DNA from: a virus
Lineage: Duplodnaviria; Caudoviricetes
Strand: one strand, 5' to 3'
Virus record (IMG/VR): IMGVR_UViG_3300010356_002872
Coordinates: 1-64,000 of that record
DNA length: 64,000 nucleotides
In this document: positions 1-9,643 of the stretch, piece by piece
How positions within the stretch are numbered: the first letter of the stretch is position 1
Layout: every line of letters begins with the position of its first letter
Translations under genes and position numbers: made by a program
Notes under the pieces: model-generated
The model's database searches: none
Told to the model about the DNA's origin: nothing
What the model saw: the letters and a program-made list of their open reading frames with translations, nothing else

Positions 1-1402
1 GGAACGCCACCACGAGGTTCTTGTTGTCAGTGACAAAGATCTTTGGATCTTTTGCAGCGTCAACAAGGGTACCGTAACCAATCCGGTTAACCGCACCAGA
101 CACGTTTACTGCCGCATCGATGACTACACCGATATCATCAAACTTGCGGTATGTGATCCGACCCGCTGTAGCGTTTTCCCACGCGATATACACATGGTAG
201 TCGTCGGTAACAAAAAGACTTGGCGAAATGTTGTTGGATGCGTCGTTTGTGACGTTCAATGGTGCGGTGACAGGAGTGCCGCCGGTATCCACTGTCGTGA
301 AAAAGATCTGATACTGGCTGGGGGCAACAAGGCTCTGGTAGACTACGTAAGTTCGGCTATCAAAGGGGTCGATCGCAATCTTTGGACTCAGGCACTCCCC
401 GGACTGTGAATCGATCGTAATCGCAGCGGTCTGGGCTACCCCTGTGGAGTTGAACTTACGCCATAGAATGTTTCCACCGGAAGACCAAACCAGATAAAAA
501 TTGTCCGCGGCGTCCATGGCAACGTCAAACGCGGCGTCTCCAAGCCCTGTCTGGATTTGAGTTTCTGCGATCAGAACGGTCAGCCGGTCCGAGGATACTT
601 TCTTATAGGAAACCGAGTAAACGCCACCGTAACCGCTAGACGTGAAAATGTGTGCGGTGTTGTCTGACGCAATAACCGTCTTGACCTTGTTTCTTACAAG
701 GCTTGTACCGAACGCTTGCGTGTCCGCAGTCGTTGCTGGCGCCGTATCGAAGGTACCCCCCACCAGGAGTTTTCTAACCCCGATCCGGTTTTCGTCGTCA
801 AGAGGGCGGCGATAGACTACCCGGTCGACCCGGTTGTAGTCTGGGTCATCTGCCACGACGGGGAAAGACGCGATCTCTGTAAGGCTTCGGCGAAGCCCGG
901 TCTTATCAACCAAAACCCCAGGGGAGTTTTCATAGTCGGAAGGGACCGTTGTAAGAAGGCCAGAGAAGGGACCGACTCTCTCAAAATCAATGTTCCCTTG
1001 GTTGATATCGTCATAAACGCCGTCGAAGCTCAAAAACGGCTGCCGGGTCCATTCATTTCCGTCCCACGCCGCAATGATCGTTTCGTTCGAGACCACGTCG
1101 CTCGGAGACTTTGCAAACGTGAAGATCAGGTCATCGATGTTGGCAGAGGTCGGGGCTGACACTACAAGGTAGAATGGAGCTTCAAGTGCAAGAGGGATGC
1201 CGACAATGTGGATGTCGGTCTTTTCGACCAACATCCCCTCTTGGATAAAAGTAAACGGAGGTATCGTGATATCGGTAAGATCCTGCGTTACCTCGCCAGA
1301 CATCGAAACAACACCGTTTCGCCCGGTGTGCGCATTTGAGATGCTTCTAAACGTCTCGCTTCGGTACGCCGCCCGAAAGCCGTTGATCTTATTTACAGCC
1401 AC
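1..1402 (-). CDS. Virion structural protein (tail/baseplate-associated, beta-rich), runs off the left edge
   Basis: Not in the ORF track. My translation from GTG at 1402 (MAVNKINGFRAAYRSETF...) stays open to base 1. Beta-propeller-like segments (AFDVAMDAADNFYLVWS, SPSLFVTDDYHVYIAWEN); adjacent to the fibre gene. Confidence 0.7.
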   Translation of the reverse strand, partial: MAVNKINGFRAAYRSETFRSISNAHTGRNGVVSMSGEVTQDLTDITIPPFTFIQEGMLVEKTDIHIVGIPLALEAPFYLVVSAPTSANIDDLIFTFAKSPSDVVSNETIIAAWDGNEWTRQPFLSFDGVYDDINQGNIDFERVGPFSGLLTTVPSDYENSPGVLVDKTGLRRSLTEIASFPVVADDPDYNRVDRVVYRRPLDDENRIGVRKLLVGGTFDTAPATTADTQAFGTSLVRNKVKTVIASDNTAHIFTSSGYGGVYSVSYKKVSSDRLTVLIAETQIQTGLGDAAFDVAMDAADNFYLVWSSGGNILWRKFNSTGVAQTAAITIDSQSGECLSPKIAIDPFDSRTYVVYQSLVAPSQYQIFFTTVDTGGTPVTAPLNVTNDASNNISPSLFVTDDYHVYIAWENATAGRITYRKFDDIGVVIDAAVNVSGAVNRIGYGTLVDAAKDPKIFVTDNKNLVVAF

Positions 1403-1405
1403 AAC

Positions 1406-2929
1406 TTAACCCCTTTTTCTCACAACTACACGGAGGAAGCCTGAGGTGCGCACGACGTCACTGTAGTCTTTGTAGAATACACCGCTGTGGGCATTTTTGA
1501 CGCGGACTTTGTTTTTATCCCAGTTACAGATGGCAGAGCGGTCCATCTGGACGGATCCGCCAATGGAGCCGCCAACGGTACCAGTAAGGCTCGGGGTGCC
1601 CGATAGGGTCGGTGCGCCCGTAAGCGACACGCTGCCTGTTAATGTCTGGTCCCCTGCGGTAAGGCCAAGTGTGTTTGTAATCCCAAGAGTTCCGATCCCC
1701 GTAGCAAGTGATCCGATGCCAACAGCAAGTGTGCCGTTGCTTGGTGTGAACGCAAGGGTGTTGGAGACTCGTGCCATCGAGAGCTCTTCCACGGGAAGAG
1801 ACCCATCGTTAGCCTGGGAGACCTGAAGTGACACATCCAGAACATCGCTACCGAGGCCATGCTGGAATATCTCGGTAAACGTTGTTGGGGAGGTGACATC
1901 GATTGTACGCCACTCACTGACGAAGGTGTCCTTGAAGTGACGCGGGCGGACTGCGGTGACAGCAACTCCATCCCAATCCGCCTCACCGATATAGATCTTA
2001 CCCGTGGCCGGAACCTCTGTGGTGTCAAACCCGAGGGTCACTGCCTGCCGGTCCCGGATTACGTAGTTGATGGAGGAAAGACCACCAATGGGGAATATTC
2101 CGGAGATCTTAAGCTGCTGGATGTTGCCGCCTGGGGCGACTTCCTTGATGATATATTCCCCGGCGTCCGCGCCCGTAAGGATGACAAGAAGGTCTCCCGG
2201 CTGTACATTCTCGGCTGTGAAATCGACAATCGATGCGTCTGTGAACAGAGTCATCTCTGAGTTTACGTCCGCACTGGTGACGCCTGTCGCAGAGACCGGA
2301 GGAGGTGTAGATGTATCGCCATCGATGGTGATGACACCGTCCGCCTGATATTGTGCGTAAATATACTTAGTACCAGCACCGCCGGAGAGGGTCACGTCTT
2401 CAGAGGAACGAATCCGCCCGAGCTTGCCATCGATTAAAAGATGGATGGCTTCCACAGATCCGTTGACGTTAACGTCCGCACCGGTGAACCCCATCCACGA
2501 TGGGTAGCCGTTGAGGTTTTTCGTGCCGCTAAGGATCATATTTCCAAAGGCAAACTCACGAAATGCCAGTGCGTCCATAAGGGTGTTTCGGCCTTCTCTG
2601 GCTTTCCACATTTCCTTATCAACCTGGTTTAGACGGTCGACCAGAGAAAAGAGTGCATTTGATGTGGGATCTCTGTGGCCATATACCGCAGAGTTACGCG
2701 CATCGGCAACCTCTGGGGTTGCCTTCAAGCTACCATCCGGCTCATGGCCAACTTGGAGGTAGTCCAGAAGAGTAGGCATCGTTTGACGAGCATCTGCGAT
2801 CTCATCAGAGATGGCCTTTGCCTCAGCGTCGATCTTCTGAAAGTTATCGTTCAGCAGCTCCCACCAAGAATCGCGGTACTCACCGAATCCAGGCAAAATA
2901 AGACTAAGGTGTGCGGTCGTTGAAGGCAT
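1406..2929 (-). CDS. Tail fibre-like structural protein
   Basis: N-terminal fibre-type motif TTAHLSLILP..E...W...LNDNFQKID; Gly/Thr-rich C-terminal segment; tail operon context. Confidence 0.6.
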   Translation of the reverse strand: MPSTTAHLSLILPGFGEYRDSWWELLNDNFQKIDAEAKAISDEIADARQTMPTLLDYLQVGHEPDGSLKATPEVADARNSAVYGHRDPTSNALFSLVDRLNQVDKEMWKAREGRNTLMDALAFREFAFGNMILSGTKNLNGYPSWMGFTGADVNVNGSVEAIHLLIDGKLGRIRSSEDVTLSGGAGTKYIYAQYQADGVITIDGDTSTPPPVSATGVTSADVNSEMTLFTDASIVDFTAENVQPGDLLVILTGADAGEYIIKEVAPGGNIQQLKISGIFPIGGLSSINYVIRDRQAVTLGFDTTEVPATGKIYIGEADWDGVAVTAVRPRHFKDTFVSEWRTIDVTSPTTFTEIFQHGLGSDVLDVSLQVSQANDGSLPVEELSMARVSNTLAFTPSNGTLAVGIGSLATGIGTLGITNTLGLTAGDQTLTGSVSLTGAPTLSGTPSLTGTVGGSIGGSVQMDRSAICNWDKNKVRVKNAHSGVFYKDYSDVVRTSGFLRVVVRKRG

Positions 2930-2937
2930 CAGATCAC

Positions 2938-3657
2938 CTATTCAATGTAAATGGTATATCGAATGGTTATAGCGATATCGTTTGCTGCCTCAAAAGGCAC
3001 GGACTTAAATGTACGGATTGAAAACATACGCTCGTCCGCAGAAGGAGTTGCCGGTGCAGTGACAGACGCGCGCGGTAGAGGTCCCCCCGTTCCTTCATCA
3101 ATCGTGATAAGGGCGACTTCGTTTACAATCGGTAATGCTTGGTTTGAGAAGGCGGTGATGGGAATGCCCGTGGCTGAGAATGTCTTAATGAACTTCACTT
3201 CATGGACCGTTGGCGTACCAATATTAAGAACAACAGCGTCTACGTCATCTCTAAAGACTTCGTTATAGAGTGACGTCATGGTATCCGTCGGGACTTTTGG
3301 AACGGTTACATCAGACGGTATCGTGCCTCGATCGCCGATTGCCATCCGAGCAACATAGTCCATCAGCCCACCCTCGATGGCGGCGATGACCTTATCTTTA
3401 CCGGTGTTGACTATGATGTTGTGCAGAGTCTCTTTTTCTAGAAGGCGGCACCCAGAAAAATCAATCTCGGCTGAGTTGTAGAGGTTTGGGCGCCGGCTGG
3501 CTATCTTATCTCCGAGGACGAGGGATGGCGATCCCTTTGAAACAAACAACTCAACCATACCTTTTGGAGAAAGACTATCTCTAAGCGCAGGCACTCCAAG
3601 TGGTCGAAACCCGCCACCTTGGTGTCGTCCTGACGCTTTTACCCGTGTTTGTTTCAT
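2938..3657 (-). CDS. Tail collar / fibre-attachment-like protein
   Basis: HNIIVNTGK...MAIGD...LYNEVFR motif typical of collar proteins; start moved to the ATG at 3657 behind GGAG. Confidence 0.55.
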   Translation of the reverse strand: MKQTRVKASGRHQGGGFRPLGVPALRDSLSPKGMVELFVSKGSPSLVLGDKIASRRPNLYNSAEIDFSGCRLLEKETLHNIIVNTGKDKVIAAIEGGLMDYVARMAIGDRGTIPSDVTVPKVPTDTMTSLYNEVFRDDVDAVVLNIGTPTVHEVKFIKTFSATGIPITAFSNQALPIVNEVALITIDEGTGGPLPRASVTAPATPSADERMFSIRTFKSVPFEAANDIAITIRYTIYIE

Positions 3658-3685
3658 CCGAATTTTCTCCAATTAAATTCTACAC

Positions 3686-5269
3686 TCAAGCCGTAAAGCT
3701 GTCGATAAGGACATTGAAGCTGTAGACCTCGATTTCAACATTTTCTTGAAGGAGGATCACTTCACTGTCGAGGTCAAGCCCCGGGTTATCGACGGTCTCG
3801 TAAGAAAGAAGATCCACCTCTTCAAGGTAGGTGGTCTCGTTTGCGTCGAGGTTTGGGGTAACGTCTATAGAATGAAGATAAGAGTACCTGTCGTCAATAT
3901 TAACTTCATCCCTAAAAGTACCAACTATAACCTGAAACAGGTATGTTTTATTAATAGGCTTAATAGCGTCTAAGAACGTTTTAACGTTTGCAAGATTTAT
4001 GTCAGGGGTGATGAACGCGTCCACAGAGATCTGTGGAAGAAACGTGTACTCCTCAAGCATCTTGAGAGCTTTCGTCTCGTCGGTGTCCCCGATTCCGAGG
4101 CTGGCGTTTTCCGTCAGGAATCGCTGAATCCCATCCCGGCCTATTTCGTTCTCGATGAACCCAGGTCGGTTGATCTTGTCATAAACATCGATCCCGCTGA
4201 CCAGCGCGTCAAATCGCGTTACGCGGTCTCCTACGGAAACAAGCGAGACAAGCCCAGTCGGGATGTCAAACACCCTAACCGTACCGTCATCTCCCGTAGT
4301 GGTAATCGTCGTCGGGGTAACTGCGGTCACCGCCCCCGCCTCCTTCGCCGTGGGAAGGCCAAAGAGGAGGTAGAGAGACGTTTTTACATTGGATGGCTTT
4401 GGCCCTGTCCAGAAAGCAAACCACAGGCCCTGAATAACATCCACGTACCGCTGAGAGTTCGGCTGATAGATGTCCATGAGAAAACCAAAGTTGTTCCATG
4501 GATTCTCTTCGTCAAAGAGGCTGCGCCGCGCCCACATCTTCTCAGGAGGCTGCTCCTTGAAGGCAATGTAGGCTTTATTTTGAACTATGAAGTCTGTTCC
4601 TTGAGAAAGAAAAGCCTCCACAGACTCATCCCGGATCGCATCCTGAAGATCTGGAAGCTCCGCCAGGTTTGGATAGGGCGAGGAGAAGATCCAGGGGAAC
4701 TCTGGTACCGAGTAGGGAAGCTCGATGTCCTGCACCCCGAGAATGAACTCACAGGCGTTTGCTGAAGGAACGGAGGTCTCGTGGATTGTAATCTTTGAGG
4801 TAATACCAGAGATGTTGGATACCAGCTGGATAACGGTGTCTTCAAAGATTCCACGAGCAAACCTAAAACCAAACGCAGCGTTGATCTTGGCGACAATCTC
4901 AGGAACGAGGGTCTTATTGATCTGGGCGCCTTGGACGTTAACTTCGATCGGGGGATTATCATTAACAGACAGTTTTAGGAGGTATCTTGTGGTTAGATTT
5001 ATCCCAAGCGACAGATCCTGGCTCGATGTAAACGAGGCAGGCTCATCCACGAAGTTGTCGTCATTAAATGTGTAAGGAAGCCACCGCTCCGTAGAGAAGG
5101 GAAGCAGGTTCTTGACCGTGGTGTTAAGGTTCCCCTCAATATACTTTTGATAAGACGCGGCGACTACCTGCTCTACGCCCTGCCACACCTCACCAAAGCG
5201 CTCGCGCTCCTCGGTTGGAAGCAGATCCCAGACTGTCCCCAAGAAATCAAAATATTGAGTGGAAGACAT
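3686..5269 (-). CDS. Baseplate wedge-like protein
   Basis: 527 aa in the baseplate cluster; shares an 'EI..KINA.FG' domain with the baseplate J-like protein. Confidence 0.5.
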   Translation of the reverse strand: MSSTQYFDFLGTVWDLLPTEERERFGEVWQGVEQVVAASYQKYIEGNLNTTVKNLLPFSTERWLPYTFNDDNFVDEPASFTSSQDLSLGINLTTRYLLKLSVNDNPPIEVNVQGAQINKTLVPEIVAKINAAFGFRFARGIFEDTVIQLVSNISGITSKITIHETSVPSANACEFILGVQDIELPYSVPEFPWIFSSPYPNLAELPDLQDAIRDESVEAFLSQGTDFIVQNKAYIAFKEQPPEKMWARRSLFDEENPWNNFGFLMDIYQPNSQRYVDVIQGLWFAFWTGPKPSNVKTSLYLLFGLPTAKEAGAVTAVTPTTITTTGDDGTVRVFDIPTGLVSLVSVGDRVTRFDALVSGIDVYDKINRPGFIENEIGRDGIQRFLTENASLGIGDTDETKALKMLEEYTFLPQISVDAFITPDINLANVKTFLDAIKPINKTYLFQVIVGTFRDEVNIDDRYSYLHSIDVTPNLDANETTYLEEVDLLSYETVDNPGLDLDSEVILLQENVEIEVYSFNVLIDSFTA

Positions 5270-5718
5270 TACTTACCTTTTTTAAGGATTTTCTTGCCAA
5301 GCTGCCAAGCATATGGAGCCGCCAACGTCCCCAGGCCAGCAAGCTCAAGCTTATGGACAGTATCTTCCTTAAGCGGCCTCCGTGCAAGGTGCATCGCGCT
5401 CGGAACAGCAAGCATCCCAAGACCGCCGAGCTCCGCTGCTACGTTGGCCTTTTTTTCAAAGCCTGCCCAAAACGCTGTTTTTTCCATCTTTCTAATTCTC
5501 CCTAGATGAAATGACCGAATGGCCTTTCTTTTGTGATCAAACGCAACCATCACTTCCCCGCGCATCGAGAGGGGATCGACTTTTCTTTTTACAATCCGAT
5601 TAGAGCTTTTTTTATGATAGGTGAGGTGAACCGATTTTCTTGCGGGGTTATTCTTATTATGAGCCATCAGGCGCTCAAGATGCTTTCGCTTAGTAGCGGA
5701 TATGGGGGTTTGCTTCAT
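5269..5718 (-). CDS. WYL-like domain protein with AFWxGFxKKA motif
   Basis: VHLTY....RKVDP......AFDH.RKAIRSFHLGRI matches the WYL pattern (Y...R.v.P...RsF..dRI). Confidence 0.6.
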   Translation of the reverse strand: MKQTPISATKRKHLERLMAHNKNNPARKSVHLTYHKKSSNRIVKRKVDPLSMRGEVMVAFDHKRKAIRSFHLGRIRKMEKTAFWAGFEKKANVAAELGGLGMLAVPSAMHLARRPLKEDTVHKLELAGLGTLAAPYAWQLGKKILKKGK

Positions 5719-5962
5719 CTTGAAACTCCGGTCCTAGGTGGTGGGGACTAAAGTCACGGGCCGTGCGGTCGCGGTCCAAAAGTTCTTTGCTGGCTCTGGT
5801 ATCTGGATCCGACCGTCCGTACCCTTCCTGGGTGCTGTTGTGTTGGTCATAGGTAAGCTGACCTGTGATAGAGCCCTTACCAGTGCCGGTAAATCCGCTG
5901 CCGCCAGTAAGACCTGCAATAGCGCTGGCTTTTTTGGTAAACCCTACCCAAAAAGCTTTCAC
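5690..5962 (-). CDS. Small Gly-rich hypothetical protein with N-terminal AFWxGFxKKA motif
   Basis: GTGA overlap with the upstream gene; shared motif. Confidence 0.6.
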   Translation of the reverse strand: MKAFWVGFTKKASAIAGLTGGSGFTGTGKGSITGQLTYDQHNSTQEGYGRSDPDTRASKELLDRDRTARDFSPHHLGPEFQDEANPHIRY

Positions 5963-6750
5963 TGGAAAGCCTTGTCAATATACTTAGATACTGATTTCAC
6001 ACGCTTTTGGCCAAGACGTTTGATCGCCATGTGGGAGTTCCACGCAGCCTTAAAGATGCCGGCTGTCTTCTTCTCCCCAACGTTAATGTTCACGGTGTGG
6101 CCGTCGGTCTTTTTCTCCTTAGGCTTCTTCTCTGCGGGCTCTGAAGTTACCTCGTTCTGTGGAGCCGGTGCCTGCTCTGGCGCTGCATCTTGCCCCTCAG
6201 GGTTTTGGAAGTCCGCCATAATACCATCCGCAGTTACCTGCTCTGCCCCCTCTGGGGCGACAGGCATTTGCGTACCGACGTCTTCCCAGGAACGAACAAC
6301 AGAGGGGTTATCCCACTGACTGCAGTGCATCCGAACGGTCACATCCTGCTTGATATCTGGGCTCATACAAAACCCAGAACCAAGATCTGGGTCGAGCATC
6401 CGGAAGTTAACGCAGTTCATGCAGCTGGCGCCTTCCACGTCTGCCGGCAGCGTGATCAAATCCACCGCCTGCGCGACCTGGGCGTCTTCCGGGGTTCTTG
6501 GGTCAACTCCCTGAAGATCGTTCCAAAGAAGAGACCTCTCATGCATCCCGGCTTGGTTTGGGGCGGAAACATAGGTCTGGGCTTTCTTAACAAACCCATC
6601 CCAAAAGGCTTTCTTCTTCATAACTTTCTCCGGAAGTTTCTTGTTTTTCGGCGTTGCGTCTTCCCACTCTTTAACCACTTTGGGACTGATCTCCCCACTA
6701 GACGCCATGGCATAAAACTTACGACGCTGGGCTTTAGATTTAAATGGCAT
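5959..6750 (-). CDS. Hypothetical (probable virion) protein with MPFKSKAQRR N-terminus and HiPIP-like 4-Cys motif
   Basis: CMNC..F...GFC...CSQW; AFWDGFVKKA motif. Confidence 0.6.
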   Translation of the reverse strand: MPFKSKAQRRKFYAMASSGEISPKVVKEWEDATPKNKKLPEKVMKKKAFWDGFVKKAQTYVSAPNQAGMHERSLLWNDLQGVDPRTPEDAQVAQAVDLITLPADVEGASCMNCVNFRMLDPDLGSGFCMSPDIKQDVTVRMHCSQWDNPSVVRSWEDVGTQMPVAPEGAEQVTADGIMADFQNPEGQDAAPEQAPAPQNEVTSEPAEKKPKEKKTDGHTVNINVGEKKTAGIFKAAWNSHMAIKRLGQKRVKSVSKYIDKAFQ

Positions 6751-6751
6751 T

Positions 6752-9208
6752 TTATGAATCTATCCTTGTTAACGTAATGTTATCAGAAATCCAATGGGCA
6801 ATGCGAGGACTAAGGGGTCTTTTTGTGTCCTTCGGGAACGGATCGAACGTAGGGATCGTCAACTCGTTCTGCCCTGTGATGATCAAGGTTGACCCGTCGG
6901 TATTTAGGACCGTGGCCGTGAGCTCAAAGGCTTTTACGGATGCTCCGAACCTATCGAACGGGTCTGTCACGCGGGTGATAAATTGACGGAGGTCAGAGTA
7001 GTCCAGCACACTTCCAGCGGGGCGAAGGTCTATAAATTGTTTTACAAATTCAGTAAGTTGCTCGTTTGTCGGGATCTCAGAGTCCGTGGCGTCCACGCTG
7101 TACTGGATCTCGCCGCTGACGTAGGCCGGGATAAAATGCTTAACAAGAATGTCCCCGTCAAGAACCCGCTCAGATTCCGAGCGACAGAAATTATGAAAGT
7201 CCTCGATCTCAGGAACGTACTCGTACTCCACCGCAAAGCTAAAGCCTTGGTAGGATGGGTTTATTACAATGAGGCTATCTTCAAACGCCGAGTACCGCTC
7301 ATGAACAGAGTTGATAACCATGTAATAATCCGTACCCGATCCAATACCATAAGGTCCCTCGCCGTAACCACCAACCCCGTACCCACCGGCGCCGTTTAAG
7401 ATTTCGCCGAGGGGCTCCTCTGTGATGGGGTCAATAAGCTCGATTTTCTTAACACGGAGAAATGCCACATCTGAGATGGTCTGTTCCTCTCGCCCGGTAC
7501 GGATGCCCCGGTTTGTCCCGAGGTCATCGAGCTTTATATATTTGCCGATATCAATAGACAGGGGGTTAAAGTAATACTCAACGTAAACTGCCTCTTCGTT
7601 CTTAATCCCACCCTCTCGGATCAGATACTGTACCGAGGAGCTTGTGTCGGTAAGCTCGGCGTCCAGTACCAGCGTGTTTGCGTTTGTCACTTCTAAAATA
7701 CGGTAATCGCCGGCGTCAGGCCCGGCTAGGATCGTCAGGACCATGTTCTTTGCAACAAGCGAAGGAAGAGAAAATATTCCCACGGTAGGGTCTGTGAATA
7801 TATCACTCCCAGTCGTGGTATCTCCGGTGTTCTGCGTGCTGATAAATATTGGGCGGACGACTCTTTGGATCTCACCATCATTGTCGTTGATGGCGTAGTC
7901 TGTACCCTCAACAAAAACAATGGGCCCGTCCCCATATGCCTCTGTGTAAGACATAACCCCAAAAACACCAAAAAGAGCTGAAGGTAACGGAACAGACGGG
8001 TCATTGATAGAAACAGAGCTGTTTGTGCCTTTTGTGGGAGAAACGAGCTTAAAGCTTGTCGGCGTGGAGAACGCTACTGTCTTGCCAAAGACAGCGTTGA
8101 TCTTACCGATGATTTCAAACTTAGAGGTGAAGGACGGATTGGCCCCCTGGAGATTTATCTGGCGCTCTTCTCCGTCGATTGCAATCTTTACGTAACGGTT
8201 AACTGACAAGTTAACAGGGAACGTCGTCACAAGGCTTGTAAATTCAGCTGCAGTCTCATCTTTGATCTGCTTAACAACGGGGTCGTTTCCACCAACTCGA
8301 CTGATGTTTGTTGTGCCCATGGAAGCAAAATCTGTGTTTATAAGCTGAACTGCAGTAGAGGAGAAAACCTCTCGGGTGGTGTCGATAAGCAGACCGGTGA
8401 AGTTCTTGGTCTTTGTCAGAATGTTGGGTGTTTTCACGTATCCGTCAATCTTACCACCAACATGGGTGTTAAACAGAATATCCCGCATCATCTCAGGATC
8501 ACCGAAACCGATCGGCTGCAGCTCTGTCAGGGTGCTCGGAAAGTTTTCAAACAGCGTTGCGTTGAACCCCTTCCCTGTCACAAGGTCCCGAACCGCAATT
8601 GACTTTTTTGTCCTCTCGATGACCTGCGTGTTCGTCTCCCTGGCCCGACCTCCCGAGAACGCAATCTTGTTTGTTACAGTAATAACATCAGGGTCTCCAG
8701 CAAGAGATACAAGACCCCCAGCATCCAGATCGCTATCAGAGCCTGCCTCAAGAGCAATAACGGGAATATCATAATAATAAAGCCCGTTTTCGATTTGGGC
8801 GCCCATTTGGATACTTGTGATCGCAAACGGTGCGGTATTGACATACGACTTACCGTTGCTTCCGGAGAAGACCGCCCCTCCCTCTGGCCACTCACGAGAT
8901 ACGGCCGCGTCAAAATAAACGCGAGCAACCCCAGCGGAGAAAGCGCCAGTAGCCCGTTCCACAAAGAAGTTTGAAATGAGGTCATCGACAGTTTCCTCGT
9001 CAAAGGAGTCAGGGTCATCCGTCAATAGAATGCGGCGAAAGCTCTGACCCGTCTGGATGATATTAGCCTCATCCCGAAACGGCTGGATGATAAACTCCAG
9101 GGGCTTGAAGATCAGTTGCTGGAACGACGTGCCCTTGCGAACCTCAAAGTTTGCGTCGTATTCCTTCAGCCTGGCTTCCAAAAACTCTGCGATAGGTAAT
9201 TTTGCCAT
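6752..9208 (-). CDS. Baseplate J-like (wedge) protein with inserted domains
   Basis: VTN..AFSGG..RETN....R motif of gpJ/gp47-type proteins; follows the gp25-like gene. Confidence 0.75.
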   Translation of the reverse strand: MAKLPIAEFLEARLKEYDANFEVRKGTSFQQLIFKPLEFIIQPFRDEANIIQTGQSFRRILLTDDPDSFDEETVDDLISNFFVERATGAFSAGVARVYFDAAVSREWPEGGAVFSGSNGKSYVNTAPFAITSIQMGAQIENGLYYYDIPVIALEAGSDSDLDAGGLVSLAGDPDVITVTNKIAFSGGRARETNTQVIERTKKSIAVRDLVTGKGFNATLFENFPSTLTELQPIGFGDPEMMRDILFNTHVGGKIDGYVKTPNILTKTKNFTGLLIDTTREVFSSTAVQLINTDFASMGTTNISRVGGNDPVVKQIKDETAAEFTSLVTTFPVNLSVNRYVKIAIDGEERQINLQGANPSFTSKFEIIGKINAVFGKTVAFSTPTSFKLVSPTKGTNSSVSINDPSVPLPSALFGVFGVMSYTEAYGDGPIVFVEGTDYAINDNDGEIQRVVRPIFISTQNTGDTTTGSDIFTDPTVGIFSLPSLVAKNMVLTILAGPDAGDYRILEVTNANTLVLDAELTDTSSSVQYLIREGGIKNEEAVYVEYYFNPLSIDIGKYIKLDDLGTNRGIRTGREEQTISDVAFLRVKKIELIDPITEEPLGEILNGAGGYGVGGYGEGPYGIGSGTDYYMVINSVHERYSAFEDSLIVINPSYQGFSFAVEYEYVPEIEDFHNFCRSESERVLDGDILVKHFIPAYVSGEIQYSVDATDSEIPTNEQLTEFVKQFIDLRPAGSVLDYSDLRQFITRVTDPFDRFGASVKAFELTATVLNTDGSTLIITGQNELTIPTFDPFPKDTKRPLSPRIAHWISDNITLTRIDS

Positions 9209-9223
9209 TGGTTTTGTTCACCT

Positions 9224-9643
9224 TTAAAGGACGATATCTGAGATTCTTCCGGCTTCGTTTATGACACGGATTGTAACAAGGAGCTCGTCTGGAGTCTCCC
9301 CCTGCCGGACGCCGGCAATAAAAAGACTGGACAGCTTTTCTTCCGGATCGAGGGTCAGCCCGGTCTGGGCGTTAATGATCTCAATTTGGGATTTCTTTAC
9401 CCGCCTGGTCAGCTCGGCGATCACCTCGCTTGAGTCCGTGGCATCGATGTTCATCCCGATCATCTCGGGAATACCCCCACCGTCATCGGGGTCTAGCACG
9501 TCCTGGCCTGGAGTATTCATAAGGGAAAGAAACACCGTCTGCGTCAGAAGGTTTGCCCCAGAAATTGGGGTTGGGCTTGCCTTCATAGTAACGCGCCGTG
9601 TGCTAGGATCGATGTAAATAAGAGAAATGTCTTGTGTCATCAA
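9224..9643 (-). CDS. gp25/gpW-like baseplate protein
   Basis: 139 aa, L.NTPG....P..GGG motif; upstream of the J-like gene. Confidence 0.65.
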   Translation of the reverse strand: MMTQDISLIYIDPSTRRVTMKASPTPISGANLLTQTVFLSLMNTPGQDVLDPDDGGGIPEMIGMNIDATDSSEVIAELTRRVKKSQIEIINAQTGLTLDPEEKLSSLFIAGVRQGETPDELLVTIRVINEAGRISDIVL

